Source: an uncultured Gemmatimonadales bacterium
GTDB lineage: Bacteria; Gemmatimonadota; Gemmatimonadetes; Gemmatimonadales; GWC2-71-9
Assembly (NCBI GenBank): GCA_963821525.1
Contig: CAWGED010000005.1
Span: forward strand, 1,184,001-1,248,000
Length of the DNA stretch: 64,000 nucleotides
Reading direction: 5' to 3'
Of this stretch, positions 46,716-57,209 are shown one piece after another (the first letter of the stretch is position 1; each line of letters opens with the position of its first letter). The notes beneath the pieces are model-generated. The model saw only the letters and a list, made by a program, of their open reading frames with translations. It did not search any database and was not told the DNA's origin. The translations under genes and the position numbers were made by a program.

Positions 46716-47827
46716 GGGGTTGGCCCATCCGGGCGGGGTGACCCGCCAATCATTCGCACGAATTCGGCAAAGTGGGGGTAGGCGTCATGCGGTCCTGGGG
46801 AGGCTTCCGGATGGTATTGGACGGCAAAGACCGGAAGTGCTTTGTGCCGAATGCCTTCCACCGTTCCGTCGTTGAGATTGACGTGAGTGACCTCCAAATC
46901 GCTCGCCCCGGGGACGGCGCCCTGCTCGCCCTGAACCGCAAAGCCGTGGTTCTGCGACGTTATAAGTACTTGTCCTGTACGGAGATCCCGCACTGGGTGG
47001 TTACCGCCGCGGTGCCCATAGGGCAGTTTTACCGTCTCTCCCCCAAACGCGAGGCCCAGGAGCTGGTGGCCAAGGCAAATGCCGAACGTGGGCAGCCCTG
47101 ATTCGGCCAGTTCCTTGATGTTCTGGATGGCGTAACCCACCGCGGCCGGGTCGCCAGGCCCGTTTGAAAGGAAAAGTCCGGCCGGCTTCCTCTTTTGTAC
47201 TTCCTTCACGGTCATGGTCGCCGGAACCACCGAGACCCTGCACCCCGAGGCCGCCAGCATCCGCGCAATGTTGCGCTTCATGCCGTAGTCATAGGCCACA
47301 ATCAGCGGTCCATCCCCCTCCTGATAGGCCTTCGGCGTCGTCGCCCGGGACGCGAGGTCGAGCCCGTTCATCGAAGGAGAATCCATCAGCTGCAGCGTCA
47401 ACTGCGGCGTCGGTTCCCTGCCCTCCGCAATCACGCCGCGCATGGCTCCGCGTTCCCGGATGTGCCGGGTGAGTCGCCGGGTGTCCACGTTCTCGATGAC
47501 CGGAATGCGTGATTCGGCAAGCCATTCGTCGAGCGGACGCGTGGACCTCCAGTTGGAGGTGTGGCGCGACATCTCCCTCACCACAACTCCGGTGATCTGA
47601 GGCTTGCCCGATTCCATGTCTTCGGGATTGACCCCATAGTTGCCGATCATGGGGGCGGTCATGACCACGATCTGTCCCAGATAACTCGGGTCGGTGAAGA
47701 CCTCCTGGTACCCACTCAGGTTCGTGGTGAAGACCACCTCCCCGAACGCCGAGTCCAGTGGGCGCAGAGTCGTCCCGGGATACCAGGTCCCGTCCTCCAG
47801 CAATACGAAAGCGGGGCGATCGGTCAT
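46712..47827 (-). CDS. carA: Carbamoyl-phosphate synthase small subunit
   Basis: GEVVFTT...TDPSY, SNGPGDP, GICLGHQ, QYHPEASPGP. Confidence 0.96.
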   Translation of the reverse strand: MTDRPAFVLLEDGTWYPGTTLRPLDSAFGEVVFTTNLSGYQEVFTDPSYLGQIVVMTAPMIGNYGVNPEDMESGKPQITGVVVREMSRHTSNWRSTRPLDEWLAESRIPVIENVDTRRLTRHIRERGAMRGVIAEGREPTPQLTLQLMDSPSMNGLDLASRATTPKAYQEGDGPLIVAYDYGMKRNIARMLAASGCRVSVVPATMTVKEVQKRKPAGLFLSNGPGDPAAVGYAIQNIKELAESGLPTFGICLGHQLLGLAFGGETVKLPYGHRGGNHPVRDLRTGQVLITSQNHGFAVQGEQGAVPGASDLEVTHVNLNDGTVEGIRHKALPVFAVQYHPEASPGPHDAYPHFAEFVRMIGGSPRPDGPTP

Positions 47828-47867
47828 CCGGTCACCCCGCGTGAAGTCTTCTCCATAGTGCCTCGAG

Positions 47868-48260
47868 TTACGGTGCCGGCTTGGATGGCTGCGGTGCCGG
47901 AGCCTGTGACCCCTGACCCGCGGCGTCGTTGCTGGGCGTAGTGGGAGTGGCACCTTCCAACGGAATCGGTGCGGGCGCCGCGGGGGCCGGCTGGTTCTGC
48001 AGCTGCTCGAGCACCTCGCTGGATGCACCGCTACGGGTCGGCGAGACGATGGACAGCAACAGCGACAGGAAGAGGAAGGTGCCGCCGCAAATCCAGCTCA
48101 TCTTGGTAAGCAGGTTGGCCGCCTGACGGCCACCAACCACGAGATCGGTGGTGCCTCCGCCGAGAGAGGCGAGACCACCTCCCTGCCCGGCCTGAAGCAG
48201 CACGACGGCCGCGAGCAGCAGCCCGTCCAGGATCAGCAGAACTAGCAAGAGATAGTACAT
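47868..48260 (-). CDS. secG: Preprotein translocase subunit SecG
   Basis: VLLQAGQGGGL...LTKMS; two TM helices; downstream of tpiA. Confidence 0.92.
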   Translation of the reverse strand: MYYLLLVLLILDGLLLAAVVLLQAGQGGGLASLGGGTTDLVVGGRQAANLLTKMSWICGGTFLFLSLLLSIVSPTRSGASSEVLEQLQNQPAPAAPAPIPLEGATPTTPSNDAAGQGSQAPAPQPSKPAP

Positions 48261-48311
48261 GGCGGCCGCAAAACTAATCAGGGGGCCATCTTGTCGGTAG
48301 GGGCGGTTTTC

Positions 48312-49055
48312 TTACAGCTGCACCAGTTCGGACCAGCCTTCCGGATCGAGACTCGCACCGCCGACCAGCACTCCATCGATCTCGTCTTGCGCCACCAGAG
48401 CCTGGACATTGCCCTTGTTCACGCTGCCGCCGTAGAGCACCGTCGCCCGACCGCCAAGGCCGAGTTCCGCCACGACGCCGCGAACCGCTCGATGGACCTC
48501 GGCAGCGTCCTCTGGTGTGGCGTTCTTGCCGGTACCGATAGCCCAGACCGGTTCGTAGGCGATCAGAACGCGGGCGAGATCGGCGGGCGAAAGATTGTGC
48601 AGTCCTTCTCTCAGCTGCCTGGTCACGACCGACTCGGTCTGCTGGGCTACACGTTCTGCCAGCGTCTCCCCGACGCACAACATCGGGGTCAGTCCTGCCT
48701 CGAGAAGCGCCCGCACCTTTCGGCGGGTCTCCGCGTCGGTCTCCCCGAAGACATGTCGCCGTTCGGAGTGACCCACCAACGCTCCGGTTGCCCCAGCACC
48801 CTTGGCGAGCTGGATCGACGTCTCTCCAGTGAAGGCACCTTTCGGTTCCCAGTGCACATCCTGAGCGCCGACGCTGATGTCGGGACGTCCCTTCAGCGCA
48901 GTACTGGCTGCCTCGATGGACACAGCGGAAGGAAAAAACCAGTATGAGCGGCCTTCCTGGGGCCGAGTCCGGGCGAGAAACGTCGCCGCGAAAGCCCGGG
49001 CGTCTCCCGGAGGGAGATGCATTTTCCAGTTAGCGGCGTAGACGAGAGTGCGCAT
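48312..49055 (-). CDS. tpiA: Triose-phosphate isomerase
   Basis: ANWKMH, GHSERR, AYEPVWAIGTG, YGGSV. Confidence 0.97.
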   Translation of the reverse strand: MRTLVYAANWKMHLPPGDARAFAATFLARTRPQEGRSYWFFPSAVSIEAASTALKGRPDISVGAQDVHWEPKGAFTGETSIQLAKGAGATGALVGHSERRHVFGETDAETRRKVRALLEAGLTPMLCVGETLAERVAQQTESVVTRQLREGLHNLSPADLARVLIAYEPVWAIGTGKNATPEDAAEVHRAVRGVVAELGLGGRATVLYGGSVNKGNVQALVAQDEIDGVLVGGASLDPEGWSELVQL

Positions 49056-50245
49056 CAGGCATCGTCCAGGGCGGCGACACCCGGGAGTGTCTTCCCTTCG
49101 AGGAATTCGAGAGATGCCCCGCCACCAGTGGAGACGTGAGTCATCTTGCTGTCGAGTCCCGCTTGCGCGACGGCCGCCGCAGAGTCGCCACCGCCGACGA
49201 CGGTGATCGCGCCGCGACCGGTGGCATCGGCGAGAGCATGAGCCACCGCGAGGGTTCCGTGATCGAAGGGCGGAGTTTCGAATACTCCCATCGGTCCATT
49301 CCATACCACGGTGCCGGCAGCGGCGATGCGCGACGCGAAGTCCTTCTCGGTCTTGGGGTCGACGTCGAACATCGCCCAGCCGGCGGGAATCTTCTCTCTC
49401 GCCACCACCTTCGTCTCCACGTCGCTCTTGAGTTCCTGGGCGATGACTGCGCCGACCGGCAGGACCAGCCGGTCCCCACCCTTCTTGATCAACTCCTTCG
49501 CCAGCTCCACTCGGTCTTCCTCGACCAGCGATTTCCCGGTCTCGAGGCCCATCGCGCGGAAGAAGGTGCAGGCCATCGCACCTCCGATCAGGATCGCATC
49601 GACCCGGGGTAACAGGTTCTCGATCAGATCGATCTTGCCGGAGACCTTGGCTCCTCCGAGCACGGCGACGAAGGGGCGCTTCGGTTGATGGAGCGCTTCG
49701 CCCAGGTACTTGAGCTCGCGTTCCATGAGAAATCCCGCGACCGCAGGCTTGAGCAGCGTGGCGACCGCCTCGGTGCTCGAGTGAGCGCGGTGGGCCGAAC
49801 CGAACGCGTCATTCACGTAGAAGTCGCCGAGGCCTGCGAAGGTCTTCGCGAGTTCGGGGTCGTTCTTTTCCTCGCCCGGGTAAAACCGAGTGTTCTCCAC
49901 TATGGCGACCCCGCCGCGGGGAAGCCGCTTGGTGACGGTCACCGCGTCCGGTGCGGCGGGATCCGCGATGAAGCTCACCGGAGCGCCGAGCAGTCGCTCC
50001 AGCTCCAGGGCGCAGGGTGTCAGGGAGTATTTGGGATCAGGTCCGCCCTTGGGTCGTCCCAGGTGGGATAACAGCACCACCCGGGCGCCCTTCTCCCGCA
50101 GGTAGGTAATGGTGGGCAGCGACGCGCGGATCCTGGTGTTGTCGGTGACCACACCGTCCTTGATCGGACAGTTGAAGTCCACCCGCACGAGAGCCCGTCG
50201 TCCGTCCAGGGCCGCGGGCTGGAGATCACGAAGAGAGCGTTTCAT
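49055..50245 (-). CDS. pgk: Phosphoglycerate kinase
   Basis: VRVDFN, SHLGRP, STGGGASLEFLEG. Confidence 0.97.
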   Translation of the reverse strand: MKRSLRDLQPAALDGRRALVRVDFNCPIKDGVVTDNTRIRASLPTITYLREKGARVVLLSHLGRPKGGPDPKYSLTPCALELERLLGAPVSFIADPAAPDAVTVTKRLPRGGVAIVENTRFYPGEEKNDPELAKTFAGLGDFYVNDAFGSAHRAHSSTEAVATLLKPAVAGFLMERELKYLGEALHQPKRPFVAVLGGAKVSGKIDLIENLLPRVDAILIGGAMACTFFRAMGLETGKSLVEEDRVELAKELIKKGGDRLVLPVGAVIAQELKSDVETKVVAREKIPAGWAMFDVDPKTEKDFASRIAAAGTVVWNGPMGVFETPPFDHGTLAVAHALADATGRGAITVVGGGDSAAAVAQAGLDSKMTHVSTGGGASLEFLEGKTLPGVAALDDA

Positions 50246-50273
50246 CCGGGACGGGATCGTGGTCAGGGTTGGA

Positions 50274-50330
50274 GGGCGGACACGAGGTCCGCCCGAACGG
50301 GTTGCAGGGGCGACCCTTGCGGTCGCCCTG

Positions 50331-50331
<1 letters not shown>
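50274..50331. repeat. Pair of REP-like GC-rich palindromes between gap and pgk
   Basis: GGGCGGAC-ACGAG-GTCCGCCC, then GCAG-GGGCGACC-CTTGC-GGTCGCCC. Confidence 0.75.
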
Positions 50332-51347
<1,016 letters not shown>

Positions 51348-51394
51348 TCACTCCCCACCAATGGTTGATCCCAGGTCAATTCCGCCGGTTCACG

Positions 51395-52114
51395 TCACGC
51401 GATCGGTACCGTCGCGCGAGCAAAGGTAACCGCTTCCACGCGCGCCGCTCCAGCCTCGGCCAACGCGAGCGCCGCGGCGGCGAGAGTCGCCCCGGTGGTG
51501 AACACATCGTCCACCAGGACCAGGCGCTCCGACCGGATCGGGGCCGCTCGAAAGGCCCCCTCCACGTTCGCCTTTCTGGCCTCAGGAGTGAGGGCGGTCT
51601 GAGTCGCCGTCTCCTGCACCCGGCTGAGCAGATCCTCTCTCACCGACAGTCCGCGCAGGGCTCCCAGCGCCCGGGCGATGCGCTCGCTCTGGTTGTAGCC
51701 GCGGCGCCGCAGCCTCTGCAGAGCGAGAGGAACCGGAACGAGTACGACCCCCGGTTCCAGCGGCTCCAGGCGTCGCATGCTGCGCGCCGCTACGTCCGCC
51801 ACTCTCCACCAGCCCTCGTACTTGAGTTGATGGATGGCTCCTCTGACCGAGCCGTCGAACCATACCGCGCTCCGGACCCGTTGCAGCGCGCTGGGCCAGG
51901 CCTCGCAGATCCGGCAGCTGATTCCCGGGTCAAGCGGCTGGCCACAACGGGCGCAAACCGGCTCCGGGAGTCTGCGCCACCGGCTCTGGCACAGTTCGCA
52001 AACCAGCGAGTCTCCGGCACGCTCCTCGACCGCTTCGTGACACAGGAGACACTCCGACGGTAACAGCAGCCGCTCGGCCGCCAGAAGAGTCCGGGTGACG
52101 TCAGCGAAGCGCAT
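51395..52114 (-). CDS. ComF family protein (double Zn ribbon plus phosphoribosyltransferase domain)
   Basis: Four CxxC motifs, RRGYNQS, VDDVFTTGAT. Confidence 0.92.
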   Translation of the reverse strand: MRFADVTRTLLAAERLLLPSECLLCHEAVEERAGDSLVCELCQSRWRRLPEPVCARCGQPLDPGISCRICEAWPSALQRVRSAVWFDGSVRGAIHQLKYEGWWRVADVAARSMRRLEPLEPGVVLVPVPLALQRLRRRGYNQSERIARALGALRGLSVREDLLSRVQETATQTALTPEARKANVEGAFRAAPIRSERLVLVDDVFTTGATLAAAALALAEAGAARVEAVTFARATVPIA

Positions 52115-52904
52115 CGTTCACCGCCGCCTTCATTACTTCAATCGGCGGCTCTTCGTCGGGGAACCACCGGCGGAAAGACTGTGCTCCCTGCGCTACCAGC
52201 ATGGCCCGACCATCCGCCGCCCGCAAACCGCCCTGTCGCATGAGACGAACCCAGGCGGTTTCCCCCGGTGCATAGATCAGATCCAACGCGATCTGCGCTT
52301 CCGGAGCATCATCCACGGCGAGGGGGAGGTGATCTCCCGGATGAAGGCCCAGAGGAGTGGCGTTGATCATCACCTCACACTCGGCGGAACGGGCCAGTGC
52401 CACGCCTTGATCCTTCGCCCACTGTTCGAACGCCTGTCGCCTGGAGGGATCGCGCGATCGTACGGCAACGGCAGCCCTCGCCTCCCTCGCCGCGGCGACA
52501 ACCGCCCGGGCAGCCCCACCGGTTCCCGCTACCAGCCACGCGTTGGTGGGCGCCTCGAGCAGGCGCAGCGCCTCTTTCAGGCCGTCTACGTCGGTATTGT
52601 CGCCGACCACCGCCGTATCATCGCCCCAGAAGGTGTTGCACGCTCCCAACCGTTGGACTCGATCGCTCGGCCGGGTAATCGCTTTGGCGGCGGTCTCTTT
52701 ATGGGGGATGGTGACGTTCCCGCCGCCGCCGGCTCTCGCGAGTGCGGTGACCAGTCCCGGGACGTCGGCGGCATTGCAGCGGAGCGGGACGTAGGTGGCA
52801 TCGAGGCCCAACGCTCGGAACGCCGCGTTGTGCATCGCGGGGGATAGCGTGTGCTTGAGGGGATCGCCGAGGATGGCGAAGACCCGGGTGCTACCGCCGA
52901 TCAC
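52101..52904 (-). CDS. aroE: Shikimate dehydrogenase
   Basis: HTLSPAMHN, NVTIPHK, GDNTD, NATPLG. Confidence 0.94.
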   Translation of the reverse strand: MIGGSTRVFAILGDPLKHTLSPAMHNAAFRALGLDATYVPLRCNAADVPGLVTALARAGGGGNVTIPHKETAAKAITRPSDRVQRLGACNTFWGDDTAVVGDNTDVDGLKEALRLLEAPTNAWLVAGTGGAARAVVAAAREARAAVAVRSRDPSRRQAFEQWAKDQGVALARSAECEVMINATPLGLHPGDHLPLAVDDAPEAQIALDLIYAPGETAWVRLMRQGGLRAADGRAMLVAQGAQSFRRWFPDEEPPIEVMKAAVNDALR

Positions 52905-53364
52905 CCGATCGCTCCCGCACCAGGCGATCCGTCGCGGCATCGGTCAATTCGGCGAGGTCGTCGTAGGTCTGACGGTAGCCTTCGAGATCGCCACCGAAGG
53001 GGTCGCGCACTTCGGCCGATTCCCCCACGCGGCCGGCATACTCGCCAAGCACAAAGACCTTCTCAGCGCCACCGAGGTCGGTGACGCGCGCACGGTGATG
53101 GCGCGACATAGTGAGAATGAGATCGGCTTCCTGCGTCATCTCTCGAGTGAGCAACCGGGCCCGGTGCTCCGAGAGATCCAGCCCGTGTTCCAGAGCGATG
53201 AGATAGGCCCCCTCCGAGACCGGAGCGCCATCCCATGCCCCGGTGCCGGCCGAGGCTACCGTAACCCCATCCACGCCCCGTCGCTCCAACGCCTCGCGCA
53301 ACAGGATCTCGGCCATCGGACTGCGGCAGGTGTTTCCCGTACAGATCAGCAAGACCCGAGTCAT
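52891..53364 (-). CDS. Low-molecular-weight protein tyrosine/arginine phosphatase
   Basis: CTGNTCRS, SAGT, DPFGG. Confidence 0.92.
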   Translation of the reverse strand: MTRVLLICTGNTCRSPMAEILLREALERRGVDGVTVASAGTGAWDGAPVSEGAYLIALEHGLDLSEHRARLLTREMTQEADLILTMSRHHRARVTDLGGAEKVFVLGEYAGRVGESAEVRDPFGGDLEGYRQTYDDLAELTDAATDRLVRERSGDRR

Positions 53365-53373
53365 GGCTTCAAT

Positions 53374-53553
53374 GTAAGGAGTAAGAGGTCAGGGGTAAGG
53401 AGGGATGTGGGGATGTTTGGATTGAGGGATTGAAGGATGTGGTAGTTGGGATTGGGGACTGCCTACGAATCGCATCCTCACATCCTCACATCCTCAACAT
53501 CCCTCAATCCAAACATCCAAACATCCCTCAATCCCTTACTCCTCACTCCTACT
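53374..53553. repeat. Nested inverted arrays: an octamer element inside a heptamer element
   Basis: Outer gtaagga gtaagag gtcaggg gtaagga ... cttactc ctcactc; inner gggatgtg gggatgtt tggattga gggattga aggatgtg ... catcctca x3, catccctc aatccaaa catccaaa catccctc. Confidence 0.9.
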
Positions 53554-54244
53554 GTCTCCAGCGCTCTTCGCGATCAGCTCCGCCAGCCGCAGATCCTCGG
53601 CTGTGGTGACCTTGAGATTCCGCTCCGAACCCGGCACCAGGCGAACCTCGTGGCCCAGTCGTTCCACCAGCGCCGCGTCATCGCTCGCGCCTTCTCCACC
53701 GGCGGCGGCATGGGCCTGAACCAGAAGTTGTCGGGGAAAACCCTGCGGAGTCTGTGCCCGCCACAGCCGATCCCGAGGAACGGTGCGCTCCACCGTGTGT
53801 GCTCGACGGTCCCCTGCTCTCCTTCACGGTGTCGCTGAGTGGCAGGGCTGGGACGGCGCCGACCCCGGTTCGGGCGGTCTGGATCACGGCGTCAACGACC
53901 GCTCGCTCCACGAAGGGCCTTGCCGCGTCGTGGACCAGCACGATCTCGCACGCGGGAGACAGGGCTTCCAGTCCGGCAGCGACCGAAGCGCTTCGCTCGG
54001 CACCGCCCGGTACGAGAACGAGAGAGCCGCCGGTGAGCGTCTTGAGCCAGGCTGGAGGATTGGCGGCGTCTGCCGCGGGCAGCGCTACCACGACCTGGGC
54101 AACTTCGGGATGGGAAGTGAAAGGACGGAGGGCGCGCAACAACATCGGGACGCCGGCAATCTCGCGATACTGCTTGGGGACCTTGCCGCCCAGACGTTCG
54201 CCGCGTCCTGCGGCTACGACGACGACGCCAACGTCACGCGGCAA
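53536..54244 (-). CDS. ispD: 2-C-methyl-D-erythritol 4-phosphate cytidylyltransferase (frameshift near 53800)
   Basis: AAGRGER...PKQY, VHDAARP, AQTPQGF, NLKVTT. Confidence 0.94.
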
Positions 54245-55610
54245 GCGCTCGCACCAGTTGTTCGACGTGATCCAGTCCGACGATCGAGAATCCAGGGATC
54301 GGGCCGGCGGTTCGTCCTGAGGTGAACACTCGGCGGAAGCCGAGTCGGGCGGCTTCAGCGAGCCGGCGCTCCAGCCCGCCGATGGGCCGCACCTCGCCGC
54401 CCAGGCCGATCTCTCCCAGGAAGAGCACGTCGGGGGGAGAGGGCCGGTTCAACACGCTCGAGAGCAACGCCGCCGCTATCGCCAGGTCCGCCGAAGGTTC
54501 GGAGAGACGGACGCCGGCGGTCGCCTGCACGAAGACGTCGAGGTCGGCGAACGAGGTCCCGCCCCTCCGTTCGAGCACGGCGAGCAACACCGCCAGGCGC
54601 TTCTGATCCAGGCCGGTCGCCACGCGTTGGGGAGTCCCGAACCCTGAACGCGCGGCCAGGGCCTGAACTTCCACCAGCACCGGTCGCGTGCCTTCCATGA
54701 GTGCGGTGACCGCGCTGCCACTGGTGCCCGCGGCCCGGGCCTCCAGGAAGAGCGCCGACGGGTTCGGGACCGGAACCAATCCGTGACTGGTCATGCTGAA
54801 GACGCCGATCTCGTCCACCGAGCCGAAGCGGTTCTTGGTCGCTCGCAACAAGCGATAGTCGAGCGATGCCTCACCTTCGAAGTAGAGCACGGTGTCGACG
54901 ATGTGCTCCAGCGTTTTGGGTCCGGCGAGTCCCCCACCCTTGGTGACGTGACCGACCACGATGACCGCGGCGCCCGATTCCTTGGCGAAGCGCATCAGGC
55001 GCGCGGCACACTCTCTGACCTGGCCGACGTTGCCTGGCGCGCTCTCCAGCTGCTCGGTGTAGACGGTCTGGATCGAATCGAGGATCAGGATGTCCGCGCC
55101 TACCCGGGTAGATGCGTCGATCACTCCTTCGAGGCTGGTCTCGCCCACCACATGAACCGGACCTGCGTCTTCTTCGAGCCGGTCGGCGCGGAGTCGCAAC
55201 TGCTCCACCGACTCTTCGCCACTCGCATACAGCACAGAGCGACCGCCAGCCTCGAGTCTGGCGGCCGCCTGTAATAGGAGGGTGGATTTGCCGATGCCCG
55301 GCTCACCACCCACCAGCGTCATGGAGCCCGGGACAATGCCGCCGCCCAGGACGAAGTCGAGCTCGGGGAGTTCAGTGGACCAGCGGACCAGCCGCGATTC
55401 TTCGATGTCGCGCAGGCGGGATGGCGGGACGTCGGCACGTCGGGGGGTGCTGCTGTGGCCGCCTTTCCGCCCTCCCGCCCGCCCGCCCGACACGACAATG
55501 GGTTCCTCCGCCACGGAGTTCCACGCCCCACACCCCTCGCACCGCCCCACCCACTTGGGATGCTCGTGGCCGCATTCGGTGCAGCGATAGACCGAGCGGG
55601 GCTTAGCCAT
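54234..55610 (-). CDS. radA: DNA repair protein RadA/Sms
   Basis: CTEC...CEGC Zn finger, GEPGIGKST, KNRFG. Confidence 0.97.
   Translation of the reverse strand: MAKPRSVYRCTECGHEHPKWVGRCEGCGAWNSVAEEPIVVSGGRAGGRKGGHSSTPRRADVPPSRLRDIEESRLVRWSTELPELDFVLGGGIVPGSMTLVGGEPGIGKSTLLLQAAARLEAGGRSVLYASGEESVEQLRLRADRLEEDAGPVHVVGETSLEGVIDASTRVGADILILDSIQTVYTEQLESAPGNVGQVRECAARLMRFAKESGAAVIVVGHVTKGGGLAGPKTLEHIVDTVLYFEGEASLDYRLLRATKNRFGSVDEIGVFSMTSHGLVPVPNPSALFLEARAAGTSGSAVTALMEGTRPVLVEVQALAARSGFGTPQRVATGLDQKRLAVLLAVLERRGGTSFADLDVFVQATAGVRLSEPSADLAIAAALLSSVLNRPSPPDVLFLGEIGLGGEVRPIGGLERRLAEAARLGFRRVFTSGRTAGPIPGFSIVGLDHVEQLVRALAA
55415..55491. repeat. Degenerate inverted octamer arrays inside the RadA linker
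   Basis: ggcgggat ggcgggac gtcggcac gtcggggg ... ccgccttt ccgccctc ccgcccgc ccgcccga. Confidence 0.6.
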
Positions 55611-55624
55611 GCCGGCCGCCACGG

Positions 55625-57031
55625 TCAGGCATGGGCTGCCTCATCCCGTTCGGTCTGGCTGGCAAACCGGGTGAACTGCTTATAGAAGTGGAGATCAATG
55701 ACGCCGGTCGGGCCGTTGCGGTGCTTGGCGACGATCAATTCTGCCTTGCCTTCGAGGCTGTTGCCGTCCTTGTCCACCGGACCCTCGTACATCTCGGACC
55801 GATGGATGAAGAGCACCAAGTCGGCATCCTGCTCAATGGCGCCCGAGTCCCGCAAATCGGAGAGAATCGGTTTCCGCTCGCCACCTCGCTGTTCCGACGC
55901 GCGGGAGAGCTGGGATAGGGCGATCACCGGAACTTCCAGCTCCTTCGCGAGGGCCTTGAGCGAGCGGGAGATGTCAGAGATCTCCTGCACCCGGTTCTCG
56001 GAGTACTGGGGGCTCCGCATCAGCTGCAGATAGTCCACCACGATTAATCCAATGTCATTCTCGATGCGAAGCCGGCGAGCCTTGGCCCGCATCTCGAGCA
56101 GGGTCAGGGCGGGAGTATCGTCGATCCAGATTGGGCAGCTCGACAGCACCCCAGCCGCTCGGGCCAGCATGGTGAAGTCCGAGTCACTCAGCGTTCCCCG
56201 CCGCACCCGCTGACTATCCACCCGGGCCTCGGCACAGAGCAGGCGCTGCACCAGCGATTCCTTGCTCATTTCGAGGGAGAACACTGCCACACCGCTGTGC
56301 GTCTCCGCGGCGTGGGCGGCGACGTTGAGGCAGAACGCGGTCTTCCCCATCGAGGGACGGGCGGCGACGATCACCAAGTCCGAGCGCTGGAACCCGGAAG
56401 TCATGTCGTCCAAGTCTACGAATCCGCTGGGCACGCCGGTAATCGTTTTGCCTTCTTGATGGAGCTTTTCGATGCGCTCCATCGTCGGCCACAGCATCTC
56501 CTTGAGCCGGGCGAACCCCTCGGCTTTCCGCTGCTGCGCAATCTGAAAGATCCGCGACTCGGCGGCGTCGAGCAGCTCGCCGGCCGGCTGGCGGGCGTCG
56601 TAGGCCTGGGAAACGATCTGGGTCCCGGCCTCGATCAGGTGCCGGAGAATGGCCTTCTCCCGAACAATCGCGGCGTGGGCTTCGAGGTTCGCCGTGGTAG
56701 GAACCGCGTCTACCAGCTCCGCGATGTACAGCTCGCCACCCGCGGCGTCCAATTCGCCGCGACGCATCAGGTCGTCGCGTAGCGTTACGTGGTCGATGAC
56801 CACCCGCTGTTCGACCAGACGTCGCATCGCCCGAAACAACCGGCGGTGCGCTTCACGGTAGAACAGGCTGTCCTCCAGCAGCTCGGAGCCGCGGAGTGCC
56901 GCGTCCTGGTCCAACAGCATCGCACCGAGTACCGCCTGCTCGGCTTCGTTGCTCCAGGGTATGCCGCGGAGCACATCACCGATGGGCGTGGCCTCCGGTA
57001 CGGAGGGCTGATCGAACGAGACTGAGGTCAT
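55625..57031 (-). CDS. dnaB: Replicative DNA helicase
   Basis: EAEQAVLG, ARPSMGKT, VDYLQL, DLRDSGAIEQDAD; 468 aa with no intein. Confidence 0.98.
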   Translation of the reverse strand: MTSVSFDQPSVPEATPIGDVLRGIPWSNEAEQAVLGAMLLDQDAALRGSELLEDSLFYREAHRRLFRAMRRLVEQRVVIDHVTLRDDLMRRGELDAAGGELYIAELVDAVPTTANLEAHAAIVREKAILRHLIEAGTQIVSQAYDARQPAGELLDAAESRIFQIAQQRKAEGFARLKEMLWPTMERIEKLHQEGKTITGVPSGFVDLDDMTSGFQRSDLVIVAARPSMGKTAFCLNVAAHAAETHSGVAVFSLEMSKESLVQRLLCAEARVDSQRVRRGTLSDSDFTMLARAAGVLSSCPIWIDDTPALTLLEMRAKARRLRIENDIGLIVVDYLQLMRSPQYSENRVQEISDISRSLKALAKELEVPVIALSQLSRASEQRGGERKPILSDLRDSGAIEQDADLVLFIHRSEMYEGPVDKDGNSLEGKAELIVAKHRNGPTGVIDLHFYKQFTRFASQTERDEAAHA

Positions 57032-57209
57032 GTTTGACGGCGAGTGTGCAGCGGGGAGAGGAATCAGCTTCTACTCAACCCAATCCTACAAATTCACCGA
57101 CCTTCTCGCAACAGAAAAACGCGTACCGACATTATCCACGCCGTCCCCAATCATCAACAAAGTTTCTACATGGACTGTGGAAGGTAATTCGTGCTGATTG
57201 GATAGCCGA

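Noticed and set aside
48261..48311. tRNA-Leu often found near secG
   Set aside because: Neither flank of secG shows a cloverleaf or T-loop motif, and the gaps are too short.
53374..53553. Possible CRISPR array at this or the other repeat loci
   Set aside because: Units are 7-10 bp, contiguous and inverted; there are no unique 30-40 bp spacers and no cas genes.
55625..57031. Intein in DnaB
   Set aside because: Normal length and contiguous helicase motifs.
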